Source: Amoeboaphelidium protococcarum X5
Lineage: Eukaryota > Fungi > Aphelidiomycota
NCBI GenBank assembly: GCA_023515725.1
Contig: JALDTO010000266.1
Location: forward strand, 692,708-756,707
DNA length: 64,000 nucleotides
Direction: 5' to 3'
Made by a program: the position numbers and the translations under genes. Position 1 is the first letter of the stretch, and each line of letters opens with the position of its first letter. Of this stretch, positions 42,743 through 54,982 are shown one piece after another. The notes below the pieces were generated by a model. That model was not told the origin of the DNA, did not search any database, and saw only the letters and a program-made list of their open reading frames with translations.

Positions 42743-43639
42743 ATGACGTAAAATCAGCAATATTCAGTGATATAATAATCAGAGGAAATTGAATCTGATA
42801 ATAATGTGGCTGTGTCAGATAATCATGAGTAGCCGCTGCTTACTCCCACAACTGCGATAGATACTGTTTCTAATGTAGATGATGATGAGGAAGAAGTTGC
42901 TGATTCTGCAGATGTGTTCAGTGAAGGTGAAGAAGAAATTTTAATGGATGCAGCTGCACCTTAGACTGTAATAGCAGCCAATGAAGTAAAAGTACACATG
43001 AAGAAGAGTGTGGTTATGAGGAGTGATAATGATGGCGTGTTTAGTAATCTCAATGAAAAGCCTCAATCATCGAGGAATTCTAGGTAGAATATCAATCAAA
43101 CACCAGCTGCTGATCAGGATTAGGATGATTAGCGGGAGGATCCACCTTCCTATGAATCTGCTGCCAATGATCAGGCACCTCCTTATGTGATTAACATCAA
43201 CTAAATATTTGGAGCTGGAATGCCTGAATTGGTTGATGAAAATGGCTAACCACTGGAGTTTGATCCTAGTGAAGCTCTGGAATTAGTTGGAAAACCTTAT
43301 ACTTTTATATTCACTGCTATCGTTACCATGGCATTTCAGTTGATTGGCTTCTTTGCATGCTTCCTCTTTAGCCGGTCTCTGGCGGGAAAGGCTGGTGCCA
43401 GAGCTGGATTTGGTCTCATTTTAGTGCAGTATGGTAGCATGATTTTGAATGGTGGTCGCGCTACTTCTCTGTCTGATGATGGCAGCGTTACTGTTGGAAA
43501 GGGCGGCGTTCGATCTGACCCGATTGGTTACGGATTTATCGCGCTTGGATTTCTGGTTTCCGCCTCTAGTGCTTTCCAATATATCCACACGCGCAAAAAG
43601 GTGCTCAGAACTCTCTCCTCATCCTCTTCAATTGTATGA
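42743..43639 (+). CDS. BSD2: Bsd2/NDFIP-like Nedd4/Rsp5 adaptor membrane protein (298 aa)
   Basis: NDGVFSNL, PPSY and PPY motifs, AFQLIGFF...AGKAGARAGFGLILVQYG, three TMs. Confidence 0.88.
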
Positions 43640-44017
43640 TCACATCCTACCATATATACACATGCTCATTTTATTTTGATATTTTTCTATTTTGTGTTAA
43701 ATTATGACGCTTTTGCCTTTTGTATCTATTATGATTTGACTGCTCAAACAATTATGGCCGAAAACGACATTTCAAGCCAAAGTCGTTCAAAAGCGACATC
43801 AACCGGAATAATCAGTCTTCGTCGATGAAACGTTCTTTGTGCAGCGAATGCTTTAAGACTTGGACATGATCAGATGATCAAGCAATCAAGAGCGGCTCGC
43901 GTGGAATTTGCTAGAAGTTTCGCGTCGATTGCAATGATGAAAGTTTAAATTTGATTACGTAAGATGGTAGGCTTTATTTTATTTAAATACTCTATCACAA
44001 AAAGAAATAGATTTGAT

Positions 44018-44536
44018 ATGTCTGCTCATACTCACCCAAGCTCTCCTGGTGTAAATCCTTATAATGCGTTTGTATTCTTCTATCCAGTCGTCCTGGCCAA
44101 TGTTGTCTCAACTCCTATCAGTCCTCAGCAATCCACCGATAATCTTGATCAGCAATAATAATAATACACATTCCAAATTCCTCTGATGCCATTCATGAAC
44201 TTTGGTGTGCCCTCTGGCGCGTGGGAATAAATACTGCTCAACAATGTGATGGCCCAGTTTATGGAAGAATCGAAAAAGAAGATTGTGGCTTCACCTAGTG
44301 CCGTTTCAGCTTTACACGTCATCGATCTTGATCAAATCTCTGCCAATGCTTCGAGCGATTGTCCAATCTGTATGGATGCGTTAAAATCCTCAACTGCTGT
44401 TGCTCTACCTTGTGGTCACATCTATCATTAGAGCTGTGTCTCTTAGTGGCTACTAAATCACTCAAACTAATGCTGCATGTGCCGATACGAACTCGATACT
44501 GAAGATTCTCAATACAATGATGAGGCGCATAAATGA
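44018..44536 (+). CDS. RING-H2 E3 ligase (~172 aa; possibly truncated)
   Basis: ASPSAVSAL...CPICMD...LPCGHIYHQSCVSQWL...CCMCRYEL; alternative start 43964. Confidence 0.82.
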
Positions 44537-44883
44537 AATCAGGTAAATAAATGCGGGCTTCTACATAATAGCCTCTGTTGGTGTGAAGTCGGCTCATCGG
44601 ATCCTTTGATCAAGCTTGGATGTGGCCATTGGTATCAGGCATGATGCGATTATCCGAAGCATCTAGATCAATCAAATGTCCCAACTGCATGAAGTTTCAC
44701 ACATTCTCTGATGATCATAGTAAATTTGATTAATTATTTTATTATGTACACGTAGTCTCTCAGTTTTGTGTATCTTGAAACAATTTTCTCTCCTCTCCTC
44801 GCAGCGTCTCTTGTCTCTTCATCTTTTCGCTATTGTGTTTCGACCATCTATTACGAAAGTTGTTGTTGTTGTTGTTGGTTGAT

Positions 44884-47055
44884 ATGAGAAGGGGCTCAAA
44901 CGGTAATAATAACGTTGTAAATAGTCCTTTGATAAGGATATCATCTCCCACTGGACCCAGAGAATTGAGAACTGTCTCAAGGTCGTCGAGTTCGAAAGAT
45001 ACATTGGTCTCTTTAAGTGGAAGTCCCCAATCGAAAGCTGGAGCTTCTGTTGCCAAAACGTAAGACGTCATTGCTGCCCCTGTGTTGATCAATAACTCTA
45101 ATCCCTCTGGATCTTCTTCTTCTTCTTTTAATAATAATAATAACAGTAAACGCTAATCTCCGCCATAGAATTCATAAATTATAGGAGCTGCTTAAATGCC
45201 GGAAATTTCTTCTCCCTCTGGAGAATAACCGCCGCCATTGTTTTAGTTTGTCAATGTCGGATTGGGAGATTGTTCGAATGGATCATTGGCGATATTTCCG
45301 TAGGGTCTATAGTATAAAGGTTAGATGTTGAAATAGGAAATTAATGTCCACCTCCTCTTCTCAGATACAGTTAGTGTCTTTAAACTGAGTGAAGAATTAG
45401 CTGTTGAAGTAGGCTTGTTGTAATAATGTTATAAATTTGTTGTTTAGTCAGCAGACATTGTCGATCGATTGAATGATGCTCTATAAATCACATGGTCTTA
45501 AAGTGGCAAGACGTTAAATGAATCTTTAGCTGAAAGAGACTTTCTATCACAAATAGATTCTGGCAATCTTATTCAATAATAATAGTAATAACAAGGCAAT
45601 ATCAATTACGTACAGAGTAAGATATTGGATTCCAACGAGAATCTCACTATATCGATGGCAATGGGTCTACCACAGCAACAAGTGGCAAGAAATGGAAGAA
45701 AGCCGGCTATTAGCGAAGAAGGTGGAGTGTTGAAAGTGCTTTAGCTAGAAGAATCATTATCATAGGGAAGTACAACTGTCCCGTCTAGTAATAAGATCTA
45801 GAACATCGACAATGAGAGACTTGGCACTTTTATTCAGAATGAACCTGTCAGATAGCAGGGTGATAATGGCAGTTCTACAACGGCTGGATTTCTGTCAGAT
45901 CAAGAATCGTATGGCAGGTAGAGTACTCTATCTCGAACGATGAATGCTGCCAGATCTGCTCTAACTAATCGTAGTGCTATCCGAAAAAGAGTTACGGTAT
46001 CGAATCGTAAGAAGCGTGAATCTGTGTCTGGGAAGTAGTTGGACGTGCCCAGTGGTGCTAAGGTCAATCCTAATCTTCCTTAGAAGCCTGTTGGTTGCAA
46101 TTGCTCATCACATTTGAAGTATGTCGTCGCCGATGAAGTTGTAAGAGGAATCGACTCTAAGCAGTTAGATTCCCTCCTATTTCATAAGGAAGGATACGAT
46201 TTTATGTTCAAGTTTTTCTAGTCCCAGGGCGCAGATCTGCCAAAAGAGTATCTGGAGTGGGGTGATTAGAAGAGATCTCTGGATTATCTTGTCACTGTCA
46301 AGCTGCCGATGTAAAGTCCATCCAAGAATAAGTGTATCGAGTAGTAGACAATAGTCTTGCGTGAAGAGTATCGGAGTGTGTATGAGAAGTGCACCAAGAC
46401 GCCTACTGTTCCGTATGGTGATGCATTCGAAACTTTGTCCAGATTTTGTATCAGTTATGAGTCTCCGAATAGTGCTCGACTCAAAGTGTCGTTAGTTGTC
46501 AACTTTTAGAGGAAAGTTTTGTGGGAGAAAATGATTGATAAGGGTGCCATGGACGGCGTTGAAGCCAATACTAAGGCACTGATTGCTAGTATTAGGTAGC
46601 TGGTTCGGTCAAAGTCTCCTTCAGACACTGAGCTATTTCGTCAATTGCCTGCCTTTGGTCTAAAAGGAGATATTCCTGTAACAGAAGTTGATGAAAGTGG
46701 CATTGAGTCCACCGCAGAGGTGCTCGATGGTCAACAAGCATCAACTAAGACTGCCTCTACATTCTCGATTGGGATAGTGATGAAAGTATTGATTGTGGCA
46801 CTCTTGATATTGAATGTTATTTTGGTGATGAACAATAGTTTATTATTTATGCGCAATACATATACATAGAGAAATCTCGTTAGTGAACTGGGTGTTGAAT
46901 ATTACTAGCTGCAAGATATCCTTGTCGATTTAAAGTCAGATCGAAATCAGAATCCATTGTATGATGTTTAGACGCCATTTTAAAGACTCCAGCTACTACA
47001 GCTCAAGATTAAAGAGTAGAAAGTGTTTATAGATGTTCTGCATGAAGCACAGTGA
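44884..47055 (+). CDS. VASt/StART-like sterol-transfer protein (LAM/GRAMD1-like) with C-terminal TM and coiled coil (723 aa)
   Basis: CNCSSH, KCIEQQ, TKTPTVPYGDAFET...FCIS, RLKVS; TM VLIVALLILNVILV; no GRAM domain recognised. Confidence 0.8.
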
Positions 47056-47110
47056 TGATGATGAATATTGCATACAATTTAGTATATTGTTACATTGTTG
47101 TGTTTACAGT

Positions 47111-49525
47111 TCAAATTAGCGTTCTTTTAATTGTATCATTCCACTCTTGAGAGTGAATTAATTACTTCTGATCACCATTATACTCTAAGACCTGCAGAGT
47201 GCTTTGTAGATGGAAGTTGTCTTTGTCCGACCTCAACTTTGTCAGAGTCTCCACCCTTGTTCGCCACTGCTTTCCGACTTACGCAGACGCTTCGTACTAC
47301 CCTTAGGATTTAAGTTTCTCAATCCACTATGCACTTCTTCCAATCTCAATACAATACTTCACCTGAGCTTCGGCGCTGAGAGGATCCTTCTTTGAGTATT
47401 TATGCTTTGGGTCCTGGATTCGATATATCTCCTCAGTCCACTCATCATGCTCAATTCCATTCGTGTCATCACGCGTATTTCCATAATCTTTCACCATGGT
47501 CAGGGTTTTCATACCAGAGACATAATCATTCGTCATGGATCGAGTGCCCAACTTTGATGGCCTCAGCTCTGTCCTAGGAAGCGGAGGGGAGAATCGTGGC
47601 TCCCTATACAGGCCAGCAACTTTTGGCTATTACTTTTTCTACGCCTCAGGATCCCCGCCAGCCACGTAAACAGGTAGATCAACACGAGAATACTGAAAAG
47701 GCTTTGATTCAGATTCACGATATTTTGTGAACAAATTCACTTTCGCGGGATGTACGGAAGGCCAAACGATGGGCCAAAGAGAAGTGGAAATTCCAATGCG
47801 AATCTTATTACCAACAGGGAAAGCATGAGCTACATCATCGCAATGTACCGTGACTTTATACACTTTGTCCTTGACGAGCTACTGTGGTTATTCACTAGAT
47901 TTATAATGTGCCAGATTCAGTACACCAAATGTGACTAGAACACTCTGCCCAGTTTTGGGATCGACATCACAAATGCGCACTGCAATCTACGCGTGCTCTT
48001 ACTCTGATGAGAGCAAAAGATTGACATTGACTTTACCAATAATTTCAGTGCGCTACTGAAGGATCTCGGAGTCGAAGCAGAGACAAGACGCGTCTTCATG
48101 TCGTTAATCCAAAGGAAAATCTGGGTCTTTGCCGTATCCCAACCTTCCACAATCCATGCCAACTGATAATCCTGTAGACAGATGCTTGTATGTTTTCTTT
48201 TTCAAAGTGTCAGAAGTCTGAACAAGTTTCTTGTCATGGGATAGATAGAGAGATGTAGATTGCATCTGGCTTTCTTGACTTTACATGGCAATCCATCTTC
48301 CTTGACGGTACTTGACTATAATTTCAGGCTCTTCACGCTCGCGCATGTAAACGCTATACTTTGGCCGCTTTCTCCATTCCACTTCCATAGACTTGTCTCC
48401 CTTCAAGCAGTATGACCACCATTTTAGACACTCAGCAAGCCAGTCGACAGCCGGAGCAGGATTTGCAAAGTGTGGAAAGTCATGAGCCCAAGGTCCGTTG
48501 AATCCAACAGTTAAATGTTTACTGTCCTTATTGACGCGATCGACAAGGTTTGGAATCGCTGAGCAATAGCCATCATCCCATCCACTGGCCGCAAGCACTG
48601 GGCAATCGATCGAGTTGTAGTTTTCGCACACGGATCCTTGCTTCCAATATTCATCATAGTGCTGATGTTAAAGCCAAGTTTTTAGCCATGGTCGTGCATT
48701 AGCAATTCTTCTGGTCCACTCTTCCCTCCAACTGTCTCCCACCAATGCTGGGTCCGGAGGAGTGCAAATGTGAGTAAGCATATACGCGCCCCACGCCACA
48801 TTATCATTTAAAAGACAGCCGCCTGAATAGTGAACATCAGTCTCGTATCTGTTATCCGAGCAACACAAGGCGATTATGCCTTTTAAAGCAGGCGGTCGAA
48901 GCCCTGCAATCTGCAATGAATTGAATCCACCCCAAGATAGTCCAGTTAAACCAACGTTGCCGGAGCACCAGCTTTACTTGGAAATCCAGTCGATAATCTC
49001 CAACGCGTCCGCTTATTCTTATGGAAGATATTCATCATGAATTAGACCAGTAGATTCTCCAGTGCCACGAATATCCACTCGAAGATATATAAAACCATAC
49101 TTTGCCACATAATGACAAGTTTCTTCGTCTCGATGGGCAGTGCCATGCCTTTTACCATAGGGCAGATACTCCAAAATAGCAGGAAATTTCTCTTATTATT
49201 ACTATAGATCATGATCACCAGATGTTTCAGGCATCCAAACGCGTGCAGCCAGCCGATTTCCATCTGACAGAGGAATCCACATATTCTCGATAACGCGCAC
49301 TCTGTACACCGGCTCAGGCGTTAGAGCACGCGATAAAGGCATTGAAGGTGGTTCTAATAACCGTAATTACCGACTTGCAGTATCATAGGATGGAGAATTA
49401 GGCTCCATCATGCTAAAAAGAGATACTTCAGAAGGAGCTTTCAATGACTGAACGCTTGTCTGTTTCGCGCCATTATGTCCCTCTGCTGACTATTCCAACT
49501 TTGTTATTACTGATTTGATATTCAT
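47111..49525 (-). CDS. CocE/NonD family hydrolase (peptidase S15), 804 aa
   Basis: WIPLSDGNRLAARVWMP, ILEYLPY, RVDIRGTGES, nucleophile GLSWGG, GWDDGY, GPWAH, C-terminal IRIGISTSLWP. Confidence 0.93.
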
Positions 49526-49931
49526 TGACAATAAAATTTAATTGAAAGTTTAATCAATGTTTTAAATGAATAGAAATTGGTAAATATAGACTAACTCAAT
49601 TAATTGGCACTTCATCTCGAAGAGCATTTTGATTGGCTATTACTGAAAAGCATCCACCTTTGTGTGTATTGACTTGTTATGTAAGACTCACGATATAATG
49701 CTATGTAATGCGTTGTACAGCTATGTATAATGAAAGTCCTGTTTATGTGCAAAAATGAGTTTTATCTTTCATTTTTCTCAGATTGTGTCATTGCAAGTCC
49801 GCTCCATGAAGCATTGGAATAACGTTAGAAGTATTCTTGCATGTTTATTGTTTCAAGGCTATTTTTAAGCGTGATTGTCTGATTGAGCTACTTTTATTCT
49901 TTACCTCAATTGAAAAGCCCATTTATATAGT

Positions 49932-51638
49932 ATGAATCGAATTGAGTAGATAGGTGTCAAGTCGTAAGTCACTGCAGATACGAGCGAAGGACCTGATATT
50001 GCTAGGAGCACTTTCATCAGCACCATCCGAGAGCAGACGCCGGAAGAAGTTTAAAAGCTGAAGCAAGAATTGAACAATCTTGATTTCGCTGCAAATGCTT
50101 TTGTTAATCGCTGCAATATTTATTCACTGAAAAGGGATGGTAGGGAGGAGGCTGCTACTTAAGAGTTGGCGAATGTTCTGAGACACGTTCGATATGTGAT
50201 TGTTCTGATTTATAGTCTTGAAGGCCAGGAAACGAGGCAGCAGATTCAACAACATTTGAGAAATTATTCAGTTTCGCTGGTAAAGTGCTGGAAAGATGAG
50301 GTTGTATATGGCATTTAGATGCAGCTACATATTTAGTCCAGTCCAGCATAGACCAAGATACTACTAAGAAAGATTTTGGAGCGATTTCTGGCAACATTCC
50401 ATGAATTCATTCTCTTCATTACGGACTTGGCCCTGCGATGTAGCTGCGGTAAGGAAGCTAATGAAAATCTGCAACGTACAGCGTCGCACATTTACAACAC
50501 GCTGAAACGCGAGAGAAATGGAAAGAGGAAGGTTCCGAGTCAAGTGATTATCAGACAGATGGAAAGGTCCAAGAGTGATGGTGATGTATTAATGATCAAC
50601 GAAAATAGTAACTCGGCTGAGGATAGTCCGTATAATGAGGATAACATTATTTCAGCATATGGCATGGATCCAGAGGAGCGCTCAATAGTGTCTTTTTAAG
50701 CCTCGGAGTCGAATGGGGGAGCTAGCGAATAGCACTACCTAGCCACGATAACATCTAGTCCTATTAGTGGAACTTCATCTCAGCGACATGCATGGGACAT
50801 GGCCAAATTGTAACACGACCTGGACAGCGTGCGAAATGAGTATGAATAAAAGATAGCCGCTAAAAAGAAGAAGTAGGAGATGATCATTAAGTAAATGGAC
50901 TTTATAAATAAGCCACTCCCTCCACTTCCTGTAGATCAGAACTACAATCAACAATCTAAGCGTGTATCCGATTCAGAGAGAACACTCCATAATTTTGGCG
51001 TCGATGTTCTCCCACTCAAATTTGAACCTCTCAAAGGCGAATCAGACTATCCTGTAATAGAAGCAAGCAATCCTGAACAGGTTTACTCATTACGTGATAA
51101 AATTCAAGGTCGTGGTTCCAATGAATCGCTTCATGATAGACTGAAGCAAACTTCGCGTTAACTAAAGTAATAAGATAGTGGCATAAAGAAAGTGCTTGGT
51201 TTGGGTCGCAAGCGAAATGCGACTTTAGGCGGGGTATAGTCTGGCTTTGCATCTGCATCGAATCCTGATATCTCTAGCGACAGATACTCTAATCCGCTTG
51301 TATTTAATGATGACACTGCCGAAATCAAATCTTATGAAAAACTCGTGATATCTCGTAATGGTCACATATTCAAAAAATTGGGCGTTTTCGAAGATTTGAA
51401 GTTACTGATGCGCTCTTACTCTGGAACTTTATCAAGTTCTGGCTCTGCAAGTGAGCTGAGTGCAGCTGAGTTGAATAAGTCGCCTCATTTACCGAGTAAG
51501 AATAGAAGTGGCGTCTGTAGCGTATGTAAGGATTCCACAATAATGACAACGAACAAAGTATAGTGTCAAGTCTGTGGTATCATCATGCATGACAGCTGCA
51601 GAAGAGGTGTTGATTTATCAATGTGGAGTTGTGAATGA
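49932..51638 (+). CDS. Hypothetical protein with C-terminal C1-type zinc finger (568 aa)
   Basis: Track ORFs 50376, 50895 and 51345 co-framed; GHIF...CSVC...CQVCGIIMHDSC...C; KPLPPLP motif. Confidence 0.72.
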
Positions 51639-51800
51639 AGGAACAACTAATTTGAATGATATAAATTATCCTTAGATATTTTGCTAGTTGGATTTTATTG
51701 CTTACAATGTAATAATTTTTTCCCAGAAATAGTGACCTCTTACTCATCATTTGCTTTTAAGCTTATCTGTCTCTATAGCTTTCAGGGGCTTTGAAAAATC

Positions 51801-52739
51801 ATGTGCTCCTTGGTAATCAAATAGCTTGACTCGTTTGATCTTAAAGCTGCTTAGCTAAGAACGCACGAGCTTTAACGTCTCCCACACGTCATGAAGGTTG
51901 CTGTATTTGGTGCCTCTGGTGGGCTGGGATTATAGATTCTGAGGCTTGGTCTGCTCAGCTACGAATTTTAATTTAAAGTCCTCGTCAGATCAAAGAGGAA
52001 ATTCGTGAAAGGGATAGAGGATGCGATAAACTAATACCGTGACGCGTCCGATTTTATGGAAACTGATGATATAAACAGGCTCTTGTCCAGGGTGGAAATT
52101 GTGGCTGGAAACTGTTTAAAAGAACTAGATGTTTAAAGATGTATTAGAGGAGTGGATGTGGTAATTAATACAGTGGGCGAAGTGGAGGAGGATCCCACCA
52201 AATCTACAGGTCTATGTTCGCGTTCTCAGAGAATTTTGAATGACGCCGTGAAGCGATATAACACTCTTCTGGAGAAGCAGTAAAAATTGAATTCAAATAC
52301 ATCTCAAATTGAACCAATTCGTAGAATAGTAGTCGTAACATCGCTTGGTTGTGGAGAATCGCATCAGGATTTAAACTGGATGGCCAAGATGGTGATGACG
52401 CAAATAGTGCCAGATTTGATCGCTGACAAGAATATATAAGAACAGTAGTTGAGAGAAGATTTTTCGGTAGCATCAACTGGAGATTAAACAGACTGGGTAA
52501 TTGTACGCCCTGGTGGTCTGAGAGATAAAACTTTCACGGGCAAGTACTTTGCATAGCCCAGATATCTTGGAGGCGGTCTCACCAGCCGGTAAAATGTCGC
52601 TCATTTCATTCTAGATCGATGTGTTTCTGACGCGTCTGTCTCTCGTCAGTATTTCTCAATGTTGGACAATCTGAGGGATGGCGATGTCGATCTAGCTGAA
52701 GTGAATGATTTTAACAGCATGCTGTCCAATATTATGTGA
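51801..52739 (+). CDS. NAD(P)-binding Rossmann protein (flavin reductase/BLVRB-like atypical SDR), 312 aa
   Basis: MKVAVFGASGGLG, VLVRS, GVDVVI, VVVTSLGCG, DWVIVRPGGL; alternative start 51891. Confidence 0.88.
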
Positions 52740-52833
52740 TTACTTTGAATTAAAATAGTTACTGTGTTAGTATGGTAAAGCTTTAAATTTCTAAAATCGA
52801 AACAATAACCGTTATTCATATGTGCTTTTAAAA

Positions 52834-54603
52834 TCACTGCTTATTTTCCAACTTTGTCAGACATTACACTATCGGCTACCATACAGTCTACTCTGCATTG
52901 TGCGCCCACATAAAGTCCATATGTTCGTAATTATCAATACACGACTGATAGAGAATATTGGGCTCAGTGGACGCGGTCAACTTTCTTCTAAATGCTTTTC
53001 GAGCACCATTACTCAAATACTTTATTAAAGGATTCGCGTCAACTAAATAATCTTTGGCGCCCCAGAACAGAAGCATCGGTACATCATATAGTCTCCCCAC
53101 ATCGTATGATCTAGAGGCAAACTTGCCAGAAGTTCTTATAGTAGATGACACCGACATGACATCAGCATTACTCAAATCATCCAAGCTAGATTGAGATCCA
53201 GCAGCATTGACGTTATCAGAGAAGGATAGAACTCCGTACTTGGTCAGTTGATCAATATCAAGACTATCCATGCGCGGGCGACCACCAGAATTTAGTCCAG
53301 TCAGATCTGCACCATTCTAAAAAGGAGCCAGTCTACCACGACTAGCACACTATCCCCAATGCAATATTAATCTGGAGCCAACATTTCTAGGTGTAAATTG
53401 AAAATGACCATGCTTCCAGACGCTCTTCATATCCCGTTGATTTTAAGATGAACCATCTGCTGAAGTGCCCATATGTTATCCGCCAGCCCACATATCATCG
53501 TTCCAGTTGAACAGAAACGAAAACATGGCGTAACTAAACTTGGTAAATAAGCTAGCGTTAAGAAGGTCCTGCACAAAGCAGAATAGAGGCATGAACATAC
53601 CATCACGGAACAAGAATCGAAATAGGCGAGCATCCTAGGGATCACTAGCAACATCAATCAATAGACAAAGAGGCCACTATTTGACCAGTGGACCGATAAA
53701 TGCAGCAGGTGCCATGGCGGTAAAGGAGGCAAATTTAGACTTGGGTATGAACTTTGAGCTTAGTGCAATATATGCCTATGCATTACCCTGACTATGCCCG
53801 ATAAAATGCAACTTTTCGACACCGTTACAATTTTAGGCCAGTACGATATCTACCATTGCCGGTAGATCAAAGCATGCCAGATCATCCATCGTGTACTACC
53901 AATAATCAGTATCAGACTAAGATTTTACTTTGGCAACATTAGAATTGTAAACTATCACAGGGCTCTTGGTGAATTTATTGCTCAAATCCACACCGCGATT
54001 ATTACCAAGCCACACGTCAAATCCTTGATCGACCAAGTGGAAAGCCAAACTTCGCTTACCGTTGGTAACAAACACGCCAGCTGACTGTAGAAGACCATGC
54101 ACTAGAAGGACAGGATATTTGCGATCTGATAAATGTTTACTACTATCCGTAGATGAACGTCTATCATAAGACTACTGATCACCACCTGATGAACGTCTGC
54201 CATTTTTAGTCAAAGGCGGGGAGATGCGATGGAGAAGTATTTAATAACCATCATCCGTGGTTACTATATAATCTTGACATCGGTATCCATTCAGCTTGCA
54301 ATAATCATACACTCTCATAGATCTTATATCATGCTCATCTCTGAAATTGAATACTTCTCGAAGGATCCACTGAATAGATGCTTTTACAGCAGAAAATGGA
54401 GATAGAACGCAGGAGATGAGGTTCATCTATCTCTTCTCCGTGTTGAACAATGCCAGCATCATTACCCATGCCAGCATGAGAGAGGTTACGCTGAATGAGA
54501 CAAATCTTTTAACCACTTCCGGTAATATATTTTCATATAGATCCAAAGCTTTGTTCATGATCATTATAGTTGACACCGAGTTTATCGTAAAATCTCTAAT
54601 CAT
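52834..54603 (-). CDS. AB-hydrolase lipase / sterol esterase (Tgl1/Yeh/LIPA-like), ~589 aa
   Basis: VTTDDGY, HGLLQS, GFDVWLGNNRG, FDLPAMV, GHSQG nucleophile, YEHMDFMWA. Confidence 0.9.
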
Positions 54604-54982
54604 ATGACAGATGAGTAGAGTGGATCACTAGTCAATGTGTGGCACTGCTCGATCAGTCGTCCCCTTGGTGACGCACACCCGGCGCGATGAAGTTTCAGAC
54701 CATTTTAAACTCTTCACAACGATCTAATGCACTGGTGAGTTTTGACATTTGTATGTACAGAGATGCATCATTATTACTTGACTTTAATTGGTTAATTGGG
54801 CTAAAAAATAATTTTATGATAATATTAGCTTGAAAACAATACTTGGTCCAGGTGCTTCAAACACCTTCTATTGGTGCCTCGATGTGATGAACTTCGTAGT
54901 CCATGCTTTTAACATAAAGGGAAAGTTTTTATAAAAGTGCCGCAACATCGTTGTATAAAAAAAAGTCTATTCATAGATTTAA

